DNA of 64,000 nucleotides, taken from NCBI GenBank assembly GCA_965218465.1, contig OZ244623.1, forward strand, positions 2,868,097 through 2,932,096. Reading direction: 5' to 3'. The notes under the pieces are model-generated. The model was not told the DNA's origin and ran no database searches. It was given only the letters and a program-made list of their open reading frames with translations. Position numbers and translations under genes: made by a program. Shown piece after piece: positions 10,274 to 21,248 of the stretch; positions within the stretch are counted from its first letter, which is position 1; each line of letters starts with the position of its first letter. The DNA comes from Acidobacteriota bacterium (GTDB lineage Bacteria; Acidobacteriota; UBA6911; RPQK01; G965218465).

Positions 10274-11149
10274 TTACAACATGCCGATCCACCGGTCGAG
10301 ACCCATTTCTGCACCTTCTCTATCTCGGACGATTACGACGCCGGCCAGATCAGGAGACCTCGAATGGAAGTCGGCAATCATCCCCGGGGCGTCCAATTCC
10401 CTGTTCGGATGTACACGTTCCGCTTCCTGAAATAGGTCCGGTAACTCGGTCGTAGGCTCGAATGGCGGCACAAAATCCAGGTCAGAATCTCCCGCATCTC
10501 TGCCGGTAGCAAACAACCGTGAGAGTGCGTCTGCAGCCGCGCCAGCTGAACCTTTCGCGCCTTGCAGCCCGCTACCCTGGGAGCACAGAAGGCAGTGCAA
10601 AGGCATCGAGTGGTGTCGGTGACAGTCAAAACTCGTGTCAGGCTTCTCATGCTGCACGGCGATCGCCGATGCCAGGGCAATGCCCCAGCTCTCCAGACAG
10701 GACCAACGCAACCCGGCTAGCGTACCGCAGGAGCTGTGTGGAACACGGCTTGCGTCGAACAAATGGTTGTAGAACGCATAAACCGGCGGGAGCCTATAGT
10801 ACCTCGCACTCGCGATGAGCTGGTCCATCTGCTTTTTCTTGTAGAGCGACTGATAGCCGCGGTCGTTGTCGTCTAGGCGCTTCGCCTGCACGAGCATTCC
10901 CTGGCAGTAACGTCCGTCCGGATCTACAAACGCCCAGGCCCAATCCGAACCGATGCGGGCCTCACGGTGTTTGTTAAATGGAACGATCTTTACGTCGCCG
11001 GGGAAGTGCAATTTGAGACCGAGGAGCAGCCCTTCGGTAACCGTCTCCTCGCTAAAGCTCAAGCCGGTGCGCTTGGCCGCGCCGCGACGACGCCATGTAT
11101 CTCTTGACAGTTGCAGAAGGCAGTGTTGCTGCGGCGTAAACGCGTACAT
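10274..11149 (-). CDS. hypothetical protein, possible PD-(D/E)xK-fold nuclease-like
   Basis: 292 aa from MYAFTPQQ... Segment ...KIVPFNKHREARIGSDWAWAFVD...GMLVQAKRL fits a D...(E/Q)xK restriction-endonuclease-like core. No other motif recognised. The 60 codons upstream in the ORF are probably not coding. Confidence 0.4.
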   Translation of the reverse strand: MYAFTPQQHCLLQLSRDTWRRRGAAKRTGLSFSEETVTEGLLLGLKLHFPGDVKIVPFNKHREARIGSDWAWAFVDPDGRYCQGMLVQAKRLDDNDRGYQSLYKKKQMDQLIASARYYRLPPVYAFYNHLFDASRVPHSSCGTLAGLRWSCLESWGIALASAIAVQHEKPDTSFDCHRHHSMPLHCLLCSQGSGLQGAKGSAGAAADALSRLFATGRDAGDSDLDFVPPFEPTTELPDLFQEAERVHPNRELDAPGMIADFHSRSPDLAGVVIVRDREGAEMGLDRWIGML

Positions 11150-11852
11150 TGTGACGTGACTAACCAAGTCTACGGAAATGCTGTTCCATCCGCAACGCGC
11201 CGGGATACGGTGTCCACCTTGAGTGGCGAGCGGCAGGACGCACCTCGGACATCCAAGTATGAAACGGCCACGGACGCATCCGTACAAAATGGCACCGGTA
11301 TTGCGGCCTAGGAGAGTCGTGTCAACGACCATCGCGAATGAGATACTTTCCGTCCGAACTAGGGCCTGCTGGGAACACCCCGCGTACAGCCATGTTGCAG
11401 CATCCGCTCACCTTTCGCTCGCTGCCCCTCAAGAGGGCGTTGTCATGGCGCAAGCGGTGCCCTAGATGGGCGGCGAGGAACGGCGCTTGCCTCCAGGTAT
11501 CCTCCTTCAACTTAGTGCACCCGGACAAGATCTCTCTCGAGCCAGTCGATCAATGGATGGTGTTATTGTCACATAGCTCCGTAGCGCCCGGTCGGGGTCT
11601 TCGCATAAAAAATTGATCGATAGGTTGCACGGGTCGCCGGATTCCCAACGCCGACCGTGAACACCATCGGTCCAACAACGACGAGGTTTCCGATGAGGCC
11701 TCCCACGTGGTCGTCTTGTTCGTCCATGATCCGGCAGAACTCGTGCAGCTCTGCCGGATCCAGATCCGCGGAGTCGTCTCTGCCGGCGAGTCGACTAGTG
11801 ATGCGCCATCGGTCATCCGTGGAGCCTGCGCTCGCTGAAGGCTTTCCAGGAT

Positions 11853-11903
11853 GGGGTTCGTACCGGCCGCTGCCAGGCCAGGACGCCGGCCGGTACGAAC
11901 CCC
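11853..11903. repeat. perfect 17-bp inverted repeat (GGGGTTCGTACCGGCCG / CGGCCGGTACGAACCCC) with 17-nt loop
   Basis: Read directly: 11853-11869 is the exact reverse complement of 11887-11903. No T-tract follows on either strand. Confidence 0.6.
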
Positions 11904-12232
11904 GCAGTGCATCTGGACCTAATTTTCATTGAGGCAAGCACCGGCCCCCTCTTTGCTTGTGTCCTCTGGCCTGGATCCTCCTGTCTACTGTCAGCGCGCG
12001 GTGAGCCCGCCTTGCACGGCGTGCTCCGCCCCCTCCCCGGCCCGGGGTTTCGCGGCGATCGGCATCGACGCCCAGATCGAAGCTCATGCCGCCACCCTCG
12101 AACACAGTCAGGACATAGCTCACCCAGTAGTCCCGTCTGTCCATTCCTGAGGCGCATCCACTCTCCCACCGGGACAACCAGCAGCGTGGTGAATATATTC
12201 CTCCACAGGCTCGTACAGACGGCACTCGGAGA

Positions 12233-12608
12233 TTGAACCGGCCCCTTGTCGCAGTAGCCGTTTCGACCCTCGCGAGTACACCTTGTCGGGCGCGGAGGCT
12301 GGCGAGGAGCTGGACGCATTCCTCGAGCAGCTGGGACCGAGCCGGCCCCGGTCACGGCCGAGCAACTTGCAGCGGCGCGGCGGGCATGTCGGCGCTTCGG
12401 CAAGGGCAAGCATCCGGCGGCTTTGAATTTCGGCGACTGTTTCGCGTATGCGCTCGTCCGGGTAACAGGCGAACCGCTATCGTACGAGGGCGACGACTTG
12501 CTCGCACCGACATCTTGGCGACCGTTCTGCTTCCACATGGGGAGACCGTTTCAGGGGAGTCTCTTCGCCGATCCAGCAAACATGTTTATACTTGGTAGTT
12601 TGATATAA
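12233..12608 (+). pseudogene. VapC-family PIN-domain toxin, frameshifted/decayed
   Basis: Frame 0 (12258-12608) encodes ...PVTAEQLAAARRACRRFGKGKHPAALNFGDCFAYALVRVTGEPLSYEGDDLL..., a textbook VapC C-terminus. The N-terminal PIN half is missing from that frame. A different frame (ORF 12233) gives MNRPLVAVAVSTLAS..., loosely resembling a PIN N-terminus but lacking the first catalytic Asp. No intact antitoxin gene recognised upstream. Confidence 0.45.
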
Positions 12609-12691
12609 GCGACCTAACATGAGGGACATCACGGCCTGGGAGAGCCCCAGGAAATCACCCTCTTGCACCACAATGGAAACGGAGAGCCGAT

Positions 12692-13348
12692 ATGAATCGA
12701 ACCCGATTTGTTTTTGCTGTAATCGCGATGACTGTGCTGGCCTGCGGCACGGCGCTCGCGCAAGACGCGGATCCCCGCATGAGCTTCTTTCTCACCAGCG
12801 CAGGCCCCGGCAACGGCGCCAATCTGGGAGGCCTTGCCGGAGCCGACCGGCACTGCCAGGCGCTGGCCGCCTCCATGGGGAGTGGCAACCGCACCTGGCG
12901 CGCCTATCTCAGCACCAGCGCTTCCGGCGGCCAACCGGCCGTCAACGCGCGTGACCGCATCGGCGACGGGCCCTGGTATAACTCCAAGGGAGTCGCAATC
13001 GCTCAGGATGTCGCTGATCTGCATTCGGAGAACAACAACCTCACCAAGGACACGCAGCTCAACGAAAAGGGCGAGGTGGTCAACGGTCGCGGCGATACTC
13101 CCAACCGGCACGACATCCTGACCGGTTCTCAGTTGGACGGCACGGCTTTTTCAGGCGATACCGATACGACCTGTCAAGATTGGACCAGCAGCGGCGACGG
13201 CAGTGCCCGGGTAGGCCATCATGACCGTACGGGCGGGGGTGAGCATCCTACCTCCTGGAACTCGGCCCATGGCTCCAGAGGCTGTAGTCAAGAGAACTTG
13301 CGCGGTTCGGGAGGCGATGGTCTGTTTTACTGCTTTGCCATCGATTGA
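12692..13348 (+). CDS. secreted protein with endostatin-like (collagen XV/XVIII NC1, C-type-lectin-like fold) domain
   Basis: Signal peptide (MNRTRFVFAVIAMTVLACGTALAQD). Core FFLTSAGPGNGANLGGLAGADRHCQALAASMG...TWRAYLSTS and C-terminal ...YCFAID parallel the human endostatin motifs [28 protein letters not shown]...TFRAFLSS...YIVLCIE, recalled from memory. Confidence 0.5.
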   Translation: MNRTRFVFAVIAMTVLACGTALAQDADPRMSFFLTSAGPGNGANLGGLAGADRHCQALAASMGSGNRTWRAYLSTSASGGQPAVNARDRIGDGPWYNSKGVAIAQDVADLHSENNNLTKDTQLNEKGEVVNGRGDTPNRHDILTGSQLDGTAFSGDTDTTCQDWTSSGDGSARVGHHDRTGGGEHPTSWNSAHGSRGCSQENLRGSGGDGLFYCFAID

Positions 13349-13992
13349 GAGGGCGGAGTAGATCCCCGCATGCGTTGGGGTTGAGCCCGGTGGCCATCTG
13401 GGTATGGCTCGGTCAGAACAACCCGTGCCCGTCCCTCGATCAGCGATTAGCAAGAGGTCCGCAGATTTGCCAGTTCCTTCTCGATCTGGCCCGAGACACG
13501 CTGCGTTACATCCTCTGATCTTCTCCCGCCATCTTCATGTTCCTAGGAAACATGAGAACCCTTGGCGTTCAACCGTTGCTCCGAGCGGGGACCGGCCGAT
13601 GGAGCAGAATGCCCTTGTGACCGACTCCAGCTCATTCCAGCCCTCTTTGCCGTCGGGCGCTGAGGCGTTTGGCGACCGCGCCAAGGACTGGAACGGAGGT
13701 CGTTTTGCAGACACCATTTTGAGAATCAGCTAGGAAAACCAACCATGACCACTTGGGCAAGGCGATCACTTACGGGGCGGCCTTGGATGCTGCTACGATA
13801 GTCTGGATCGCGAGTGACTTCTCCGATGAACACAAGAAAGGTCTGGATTGGCTCAACGATAACAGTTCCGGTGATTGCACGCACGCTCACCCTTCGGCTC
13901 GAAGCAGTCGGCCTCGACATCGCGCTTCTCATCAGCGGCTGTTGAGGCCGACCATGCTGCGGGCCGGCAGTACAGTCAAATCGCGACATCAA

Positions 13993-14706
13993 ATGGCACG
14001 TGTATACAAGTTTCTTCCCCGAAAATGGGCTCTTGACGACATCAAGAAACAGCGCATCAAAATTTCCGGGATTTGTGATCTCAACGACCCTTTCGAGCTG
14101 ATCCCATTCGTTCTCACTTCCAGCAAACACCGACAACAGCTTGTTGATGCGCGCCGGGCCCTGTCTGCCCTTGGCAGGGGTATGTTGTGTTTCTCGTTTA
14201 AGTGGTCGAATCCGGTGTTGTGGGCGCACTACGCTGACAAGCACAAGGGAATTTGTCTCGGTTTCGATGTGCCGGCTGAGTATGCACGGAAGGTTGTATA
14301 CGTGGATACGCGCCAGCCGTTCCCGACGGAGTCGAACGACCAGATCGCTCAGGACTGGATATTCACCAAGTTCTCTGGCTGGCGCTACGAAGAAGAGTGT
14401 CGAATTTACGCGAAGTTAGAACAAGAAGAAAACGGGCATTATTTTGCGGATTTGAAAGAAAATACGATGACGCTTCGTGAGGTCATCCTTGGCTCGGACT
14501 GTCCGGTGGATTTCACCACGATCCGCGAGTTGGTGGAGCCTTACGGTGAGGAAGTCAGAGTGATCAAAGCCCGGCCTTCAGATGAATCTTTCGACATGAT
14601 CGAAACACAGGCGTCCTCTGTGAGTTCCAACCTGCGGCCGCCTGGAGGCAGCACATCTGGGGGGCCTGGGAACCCGGAACGGGATGGCCCGCGTGGTTGG
14701 CAGTAG
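13993..14706 (+). CDS. DUF2971 family protein
   Basis: Starts MARVYKFLPRKWALDDIKKQRIKISGICDLNDPFE, the YKY...L...I...S....NDPFE signature that opens DUF2971 proteins. The ORF is open in-frame from 13753, but the upstream 80 codons look like a different (remnant) sequence. Confidence 0.55.
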   Translation: MARVYKFLPRKWALDDIKKQRIKISGICDLNDPFELIPFVLTSSKHRQQLVDARRALSALGRGMLCFSFKWSNPVLWAHYADKHKGICLGFDVPAEYARKVVYVDTRQPFPTESNDQIAQDWIFTKFSGWRYEEECRIYAKLEQEENGHYFADLKENTMTLREVILGSDCPVDFTTIRELVEPYGEEVRVIKARPSDESFDMIETQASSVSSNLRPPGGSTSGGPGNPERDGPRGWQ

Positions 14707-15202
14707 GAACAGCACGCCTTCTTTGTTTCGGGGCCGTGCTCGATGCGGTAGTTGACCCTAGGTCCAGACTGTATTTGCCACCTGCGTAGGACCGCAAAGA
14801 CCCCCGCTACTCTGACAGTCTATCTAGTGAAGATCGACTACGAAGGCCCCCGGCTTGGCCGACACTCACCTGTTAACCCTGCCCAATTGTGACGTGATCG
14901 CCTGTACCACCTTCGTCGGGGCGCAAAGCTGCAACTATATGGACCTTATAACACACCTTGTCGTTCGGGTACTGGTATTGTCCAGTGTGTTCTTTTTTGG
15001 CCACCCCTCGCAGGCGGCCTACACGTACTTAAACGGTTTCCGGCGGCAGGAGGGTCCAGTCGCAGGGGCTAGGGCAAGTTGATTGCCTGGCCGGTTTTCG
15101 GCTATATTCCCAAGCAGAATAAATCAGCCCCAGTCTGGCCAACTTCCAGATTGGGGCCTTCGTAAGATCCTACCTGCCTACAACAAGGGGAAACGCGCAG
15201 CT

Positions 15203-15520
15203 ATGGCCAAGACACGGGACATTACACCAGAAGACATTGTGAACCGGCTGATGCAATTTATCGTATTCCAACGCGGACAATTGTTGGCAGTCCGGGACAT
15301 CCTAGTGCCGATAATCGAGACCTTGCCGGACGCTCAGCTGCAAAAGTTATTTGAGGAAGTACCCAGAGGAGTGAGCCGCGTAGAAGAGAGCCTACGACAA
15401 GAAGGTCCGATGAGCTCAGACCCCGAAGTGATTGGGGAACTGGGCAGGGGATACGAGGATCTCATGCAGTCGCTATCAGACGCCATTAGTCTTCGGAACC
15501 CCGTCAAAACTGCCGGATAA
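15203..15520 (+). CDS. hypothetical protein
   Basis: 105 aa from MAKTRDITPEDIVNRLMQFIVFQRG...; helical, protein-like composition; no motif recognised. Confidence 0.35.
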   Translation: MAKTRDITPEDIVNRLMQFIVFQRGQLLAVRDILVPIIETLPDAQLQKLFEEVPRGVSRVEESLRQEGPMSSDPEVIGELGRGYEDLMQSLSDAISLRNPVKTAG

Positions 15521-15870
15521 ACTCACTTCATTTTACCAATCTCGCCTGGGCCGCCAGAAGGGGAGGCTCAGCCCCTGGGAGCAGGCTCGTAGGGTCAGGG
15601 GGAAGGAAGGGAGGGGGCAAAGGGATGGTCGTAGATCCAACTGGGAACCGGCACTTCAATGATAGAATCCAGGAGATCACTGTCAGAGAACTATTGGCCG
15701 TTCAGAAACGTCTGCACAGTTCCCATCCGAAGTTCGTGAGGCGCCGGTGGTCCTTCAGTAGGCCGGAGAGAAGGGCACAGTCACGATTTCCAATTCTAAC
15801 TTCTCACGGGGCCACTTGGACCCAGTTCCTCCGAAGTCCAGGTGCCCCTCTTAGCGAGCCACCGCCGGAA

Positions 15871-18048
<2,178 letters not shown>

Positions 18049-18587
18049 TTACGTTGCATGCCCGGAATGTCGCAGGCATCTAGGAAGAAAATACGATTTT
18101 CTCTCGTGCCCAGGCAAGGGGAATATGACGGGAAATGGCGCAGGTTTGGGTGTTTGCCCTTCGCAGTAGCCGTGCTGGTCACCCTATCGGCGGCCTTGAT
18201 GCCGGGGGACCACCAAACCGGTTGAGGAGTCGAAGGCGGCGGACTGCGATACGAGCGCTTTACCTGCGGCCATCGCCTGGGGTGGGCGGCCCCGCTCGCT
18301 CGGGCGTTTGCCGCCGCATCAGCGGCTGGCCAGCCGGTGGCGGTCGGCTGCGGATCATAGCCGCCCTGACCGATTCGGCCTCCATCCAGACCTAACCGGA
18401 GGGGGCAGGGCTGCCGGCGGCGCCCCGCCGAGGGCCCCGCCACAGGGGCAGTTCGAGTTCGCCGCTTGACCTCCTCCGCGATTGGCCCCCTGCGCCGTGA
18501 ACGGTACGGGAGAGTACACCCTCAAGTACCAGATTGACCCGTGAAACGCGCCGCGATGCTGGTCAGGAGCCGGCGTTCCCGACCTAC

Positions 18588-19346
18588 TCAGAACACTCCC
18601 GGGATGAGGGCGCGGCGGTTCGGCGGGTAGTCCGGGAAGCGTTCGCGATACCAGTGGTGATTGCTACGGGCCCTGGGGACCAGGTTGGCGGCCGTAAGGA
18701 CACAAAAAGCCAGCCCGCCGAGGGACCACGTGGCCATCGCCCAGCCCGTCCATTCCAGAATTTCGCCCAGGTAGTTCGGGCAGGAGACGTATCGGAAGGC
18801 TCCGCGATCCGGGACGACATGTCCTGTCCTTCCATGTTTTCGCAGGCTCAGCAGGATGTTGTCGCTGTGCATGTTCAGAAACATGCCACCGGCGAAAAAT
18901 GCCATCCCGATCAGGAAACACGGGCCGGACAACCATGAAACCCCGTACTCACCGAGGTGGGAGACAAAGCGGGCGTTGACGTAAGCGTTCAGTACATTGA
19001 AGAAGAACCCCGATCCAGCGACAACAAGTGGCATTCTTCGCTCGGTCCGGGTCCGGAACGGGTAGATGAGCGTCCGGTTCAGGTAGTGGCTTTGCCACAT
19101 CGCCAGGAACACCAGCGGGACGGGGTTCCACGCCGCGCTCCCCCGCAGATAGACGAACAGAAAGAGGAAGACGGCCGGGCATTCCATGCCGATCCAGCCC
19201 ACCCTGTTGGAGACGGTTGGCCCCCAACCGGAGCCTCGATAGTGGCGCCCGTAGGGTGCTGGTCTCCGGAGCAAGTACAGGAAGGTCGCGACGGCCGAGC
19301 CGAACATGGTCCAAACCAGCAGGCGGTAGATCTCGAGCTCCGTCAT
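18588..19346 (-). CDS. 3-oxo-5-alpha-steroid 4-dehydrogenase / DUF1295 (isoprenylcysteine carboxyl-methyltransferase-like) family membrane protein
   Basis: 252 aa, multi-TM. C-terminal block GHVVPDRGAFRYVSCPNYLGEILEWTGWA matches the conserved steroid 5-alpha-reductase C-terminal motif. Confidence 0.6.
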   Translation of the reverse strand: MTELEIYRLLVWTMFGSAVATFLYLLRRPAPYGRHYRGSGWGPTVSNRVGWIGMECPAVFLFLFVYLRGSAAWNPVPLVFLAMWQSHYLNRTLIYPFRTRTERRMPLVVAGSGFFFNVLNAYVNARFVSHLGEYGVSWLSGPCFLIGMAFFAGGMFLNMHSDNILLSLRKHGRTGHVVPDRGAFRYVSCPNYLGEILEWTGWAMATWSLGGLAFCVLTAANLVPRARSNHHWYRERFPDYPPNRRALIPGVF

Positions 19347-19420
19347 CTCAACCCTCCAGCATGCCTTGTTCCTCGAACCAGCGACCCCATTGCGATCCAG
19401 CAGTGTTCCAGCAAATTTCG

Positions 19421-19527
19421 ACTCAGCCGCTCACCTTGCTTGCCCCGCCCTCGGCCCACCACATGCCGGCAATGGTCCCAGCCCCGAAGATGGCAAAGGC
19501 GGCGATCTGGAGGTAGACGGTCCCTAC
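19421..19527. repeat. direct repeat DR1: displaced copy of the MFS transporter gene 3' end (att-like island boundary)
   Basis: 72-nt core 19438-19509 matches 34666-34737 with one mismatch. Flanks are partially similar over ~107 bp. The minus strand encodes ...LVGTVYLQIAAFAIFGAGTIAGMWWAEGGASKVSG*, compared with the intact MFS C-terminus ...GTMYAQIAAFAIFGAGTIAGMWWAEGGASAVQG*. Confidence 0.7.
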
Positions 19528-19939
19528 TAGGAGACGAATCGTCCACAGACTTGATCGAGGCGACCCTGGCGCAGATGGTCCAGAACAGGGTCGAGATGGC
19601 CTATGCCCGCTCGGATCTTCTTTGAGCGCCGACGTATGCTGATGGAGGACTGGGCCGGTGCCTCAAGGTGGGTCAAAATTGCTTGATCACGCCGGGTCAT
19701 TTTTCCTTTGTCATTACGAAGCCGCCCAGATCCGCTCCCAGTCACTGTTGCTACTCTCCGAGCTTGACGACTTGGCGCGGGCGGAGCGGGCGGCCAAGTC
19801 GCTTTTGCGCAGTAATGGTGAATAACTTACTCTTTGCCCCCCAACTTTGTTGTCCTATCTGTCAACTCACCAACCCTCCTGTCAAGTCCAGGGCATGGTC
19901 GGAGTTGGTGACATCCGCAGAAGAATCAAAGAAGAATGT

Positions 19940-20797
19940 TCAGTTTGCGGCGCTCCGCTCGGAGAGGAGCCTTTTATCGACGTCGACCAACCAATGCCGA
20001 CGCTTTTCCTGCGGGAGAGTTGTAAAGTGCCTAAGCGCAATCCCGTCGCGAATATCGCCGCAACATCTCACCTCTCCATCGGGAAGGATGGCGATATCGC
20101 CAGAATCATAGGCTGCGTGACAATACGCACACAGACATATCCCGTTTGCGGGATTTGCCCTCTGGCTTTTATCGGATGCATAGCTTCGGATATGGGCAGC
20201 ATCGAGCACGGACGGAAGTTGAGTTCCACAAACTAGGCAGGTGTACTCGTGGCGCGACAGGACTATGGCGCGGAACACGCGCATACGGCTGCGACGTCTC
20301 ACAAGGGACCATGCATCATCCACGTGCCAATCGGCCTCATTCATCTGGACCGCCGGGGCCTTCGCTTGAAAAGCGGAATCCAAAGCTGCGTCGAGGAGAC
20401 GAACAAACAGATCTCGTTCTAATTGAGGCATCGAAATCGACCAGCCGATACTGTTCAAGTCTTTCGGGAGTCCGATTGACAACCGATTATGTCTACCAGG
20501 CTTGGTGCGCGTCGAAAGATCAAATAGTTTCGGAAACCAAACAACGTCCGCAAGATGCGCCGTGAACAGTCGCGTGACCTTCGCGCTTCGCCGTTCTCCT
20601 TCATTGGCCGGCCGTTGCGTCACCTTCGACACGCGTCCAGCTCCGGCCAAACCATATTGCGGGCCACTTTTCTTGAGATAGATAAACTCGTCTCCAGCTT
20701 GTACTTTTACCGAATGAGTATTGTCATAGACATACTGTTTGCCGGGAATGTCGGGGTAACTGCTTTGATCTGAAACCTTGAATATCCAGTAGCTCAT
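19940..20797 (-). CDS. HNH endonuclease with N-terminal PUA/EVE-like putative modified-base reader domain (type IV restriction-like)
   Basis: C-terminal HNH motif (YTCLVCGTQLPSVLDAAHIRSYASDK...NGICLCAYCHAAYDSGDIAI). N-terminus MSYWIFKVSDQSSYPDIPGKQYVYD...GDEFIYLKK...GAGRVSKV resembles the YWLxK/GD..FYH/G.G.V layout of EVE/PUA-like domains, assigned tentatively. The start is 4 bp after the vsr stop. Confidence 0.6.
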   Translation of the reverse strand: MSYWIFKVSDQSSYPDIPGKQYVYDNTHSVKVQAGDEFIYLKKSGPQYGLAGAGRVSKVTQRPANEGERRSAKVTRLFTAHLADVVWFPKLFDLSTRTKPGRHNRLSIGLPKDLNSIGWSISMPQLERDLFVRLLDAALDSAFQAKAPAVQMNEADWHVDDAWSLVRRRSRMRVFRAIVLSRHEYTCLVCGTQLPSVLDAAHIRSYASDKSQRANPANGICLCAYCHAAYDSGDIAILPDGEVRCCGDIRDGIALRHFTTLPQEKRRHWLVDVDKRLLSERSAAN

Positions 20798-20801
20798 CGT
20801 C

Positions 20802-21224
20802 TCACCGGCGAGACTGTCCGGCCCGCTTTCTGACCACTTCTTCGATGCGGTCCACACAGGATTCCGCATCCCGCTCCACCTCATGCTCCCAGATGCGGAT
20901 GACTAACCATCCCTCCCGTCGGAGCTTATTGGAGGTTCGCCGATCCCTGTAGCGGTTGCCCTCGATCTTCTTCCTCCAATAGGGGTCGAGTTTGTGCCTC
21001 CACCGGGAGAACTGCCAACCGTGCCAGAAGTCGCCGTCGACGAATACCGCGACTTTCGCACGTACAAAAACGAGATCAGGCCGTCCTGGAAGTCCGTTCT
21101 TGTGTTTACGGAACCGTAGGCCGCGCGCATGCACAAACCTGCGAATCGTCAGTTCGGGAGTCGTGTCCTTGCTTCGGATGCGGGACATCGTGAAGCTGCG
21201 TTGTTCCGGCGTCAGGTTGTCCAC
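20802..21224 (-). CDS. vsr: very-short-patch repair endonuclease (T:G mismatch nicking, 5mC deamination repair)
   Basis: 140 aa with the Vsr signature KDTTPELTIRRFVHARGLRFRKH...LPGRPDLVF...KVAVFVDGDFWHGW. Confidence 0.8.
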   Translation of the reverse strand: MDNLTPEQRSFTMSRIRSKDTTPELTIRRFVHARGLRFRKHKNGLPGRPDLVFVRAKVAVFVDGDFWHGWQFSRWRHKLDPYWRKKIEGNRYRDRRTSNKLRREGWLVIRIWEHEVERDAESCVDRIEEVVRKRAGQSRR

Positions 21225-21248
21225 TATGCGTCTTCCAGAAACACGCCT

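Noticed and set aside
11813-12538. 241-aa minus-strand ORF (and neighbours 11550-11912, 11926-12225)
   Set aside because: Arg/Pro/Ala-rich composition typical of off-frame GC-rich translation. It overlaps the VapC remnant antisense, has no motifs, and frame-switching fragments suggest decayed DNA, not a gene.
19527-19940. Searched the island boundaries (19527-19940 and 33970-34650) for an integrase/recombinase or tRNA gene
   Set aside because: No tRNA-like cloverleaf and no recombinase motifs. Only a ~55-codon helical ORF (about 19660-19826, +) of unknown significance. The island attaches to a protein-coding gene end, not a tRNA.
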